A DNA stretch of 51,507 bases. Source: Octopus bimaculoides (taxonomy: Eukaryota). The notes beneath the pieces were generated by a model. The model saw only the letters and a list, made by a program, of their open reading frames with translations. It was not told where the DNA came from and searched no databases. The stretch is taken from NCBI RefSeq assembly GCF_001194135.2, contig NC_069004.1, positions 30,040,894 through 30,092,400 on the forward strand, read 5' to 3'. How positions within the stretch are numbered: the first letter of the stretch is position 1; each line of letters begins with the position of its first letter. The translations under genes were made by a program, and so were the position numbers. Below, in pieces: positions 50,034-51,507 of this stretch.

Positions 50034-51075
50034 TGCTGTAATGAGAAGCCAAGGCTGAACTTATATTGCTGTAATGATGACCCAGTTAGATTCAATTTGT
50101 ATTATTATTGTGATGACAAAAAAATTTAGGATCAATTTCTATTGCTGTGATGACAGAGATTGAACTTATATTACTGTGATGATGGCAAAGATTCAATTAT
50201 TATTATTATTATTATTATTATTATTGTGATGAAAAAAATTTAGAATCAATTTGTATTGTTGTGATGACAACCTTAAATTAATCTCTGCTACTATGATGAC
50301 AAACTGAGATTTAATGTATACAAGCTGTGGTGGAAAATTTAGAGGCAACTAGTGATGACGAGCTGAGATTCGATGTATATTACTATGATGGCAAACTGAG
50401 GTTTAACACTTTTTAGCCATGATGACAAAGTTAAATTCAACTTGTACTATTGCTCTGATGACGAAAAAAAAAAAAAAAAGGATCAATTTGTATTGATGTG
50501 TTGACAAATGCAACACATTGCAGTGAAGATAAACTTTGATTTAATCTGTATTACTGCCATGACAGTATCTAAGTTGTGATGACAAATTTTGAGTTGATTT
50601 GTTACTGTGATGACAAATTTTGAGAGGACTATTTATGTAATGACAAACCGAGATTTCACATATAAAAACCATAATGACAAACTTAAATTCAACTTCTGTA
50701 CAGTTGTGATGACAAATTTAGACTCAACTTATCTTATTGTGATGACAAGCAGAGACTTAACATTTATACGCCATGATGACAAATTTAGAGGCAACTAGCA
50801 TTGCAGTGATGACAAGACTTAATTCAACACGTATCGGGATGATGACAAAGTTAGATTTAACCTTTTTTTGCTGTAATGATGACAGTGGATTCAGTATACA
50901 CTGAGATGATGACAAGCTTAAAGTCAACATATATTTAAGTGATGACAAATTTAAATTAAACTTAAGATTTTAGCAATGACAATTTTGAATTCAACCTGAC
51001 CTGCTACAATGACAAACTTACATTCAACTTACAAAAATGTAAATTTAGAATCAATTTATTATTGTGTTGACAATA
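49611..51075. repeat. About 1.45-kb degenerate satellite with conserved core TGATGACAA, unit about 33-36 bp
   Basis: Dozens of (g/a)tgatgacaa cores separated by variable AT-rich spacers, interrupted by (TA)n, (ATT)n and poly-A. Confidence 0.88.
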
Positions 51076-51182
51076 TATGTTACCAACTTTTTAGAAATAG
51101 TAGCCAAATCAGAGTGTCCTTAGAAAAACTAATAGTAAGAAGTCTGCTTCCCAACTACATGGTTCTAAGCAGTTGTCTAATG

Positions 51183-51478
51183 CAGGGGTTTTCAAACTGT
51201 GGTCTGCGGACCACAGGGGGTCCGCAAGGACAAGACAGGGGGTCCGTGGACAGCAAATACTTTTTATGGGCAATTTGATTTTATATATGTTTTTTAATCG
51301 AAATCTTTTAATTGGCAATAAACCTATTTGTTAAATACTGTTAAATAAATAAATGTAAAAATATGTTATTTTAAGCAAATATTCATGTATAAATTTCATA
51401 AGCGTTTATAAGGGGGTCCCCTAAGGTAAAACCTGAAATATAAAGGGGTCCGCAAGTCAAGAAGTTTGAAAACCCTTG
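51183..51478. mobile_element. hAT-type MITE, copy 2 (296 bp)
   Basis: Near-identical to 8897-9174 plus 18 bp. Exact 8-bp TSD GTCTAATG at 51175-51182 and 51479-51486. Confidence 0.9.
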
Positions 51479-51507
51479 GTCTAATGAATGACCACTACAC
51501 ACTAGCT

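Noticed and set aside
49611-51075. CRISPR-like array or C/D-box snoRNA cluster
   Set aside because: The conserved core is only about 9 bp, spacers are homologous to one another and there are no cas genes. RTGATGA and CTGA are only about 5 nt apart, with no terminal stems.

Overview
AT-rich eukaryotic (animal) genomic DNA with nine N-gaps (3018-3341, 10603-10834, 12183-12214, 18802-18890, 20549-20558, 31001-31237, 33753-33764, 38953-39215, 45649-45991). The repeat landscape resembles what I recall of octopus/cephalopod assemblies; this assignment is inference, not a database match. No intact long ORF is present. Nearly all ORFs in the supplied track are microsatellite, SINE or gap artefacts. 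Most of the window is repeats: at least five SINE-like families (one in long same-strand arrays joined by (AAT)n), decayed RTE LINEs, a mariner fossil, a probable Penelope-like ORF fragment, hAT, Tc1/mariner, piggyBac and Merlin/MULE-like MITEs with readable target-site duplications, a Helentron-type element and several minisatellites. Among them are short exons with strong splice signals. The best supported encodes a transmembrane helix (29540-29642, minus strand) and is followed by a phase-compatible exon (28801-28860), indicating an unidentified single-pass membrane protein gene spanning much of the window. The most unusual items are a 238-bp fold-back carrying a Penelope-type minimal hammerhead ribozyme motif, a tRNA-headed SINE with a decayed hammerhead-like tail, and a MITE with 8-bp TSDs, nested inverted repeats and a telomere-repeat hairpin. 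All calls were made by eye and none is database-confirmed.
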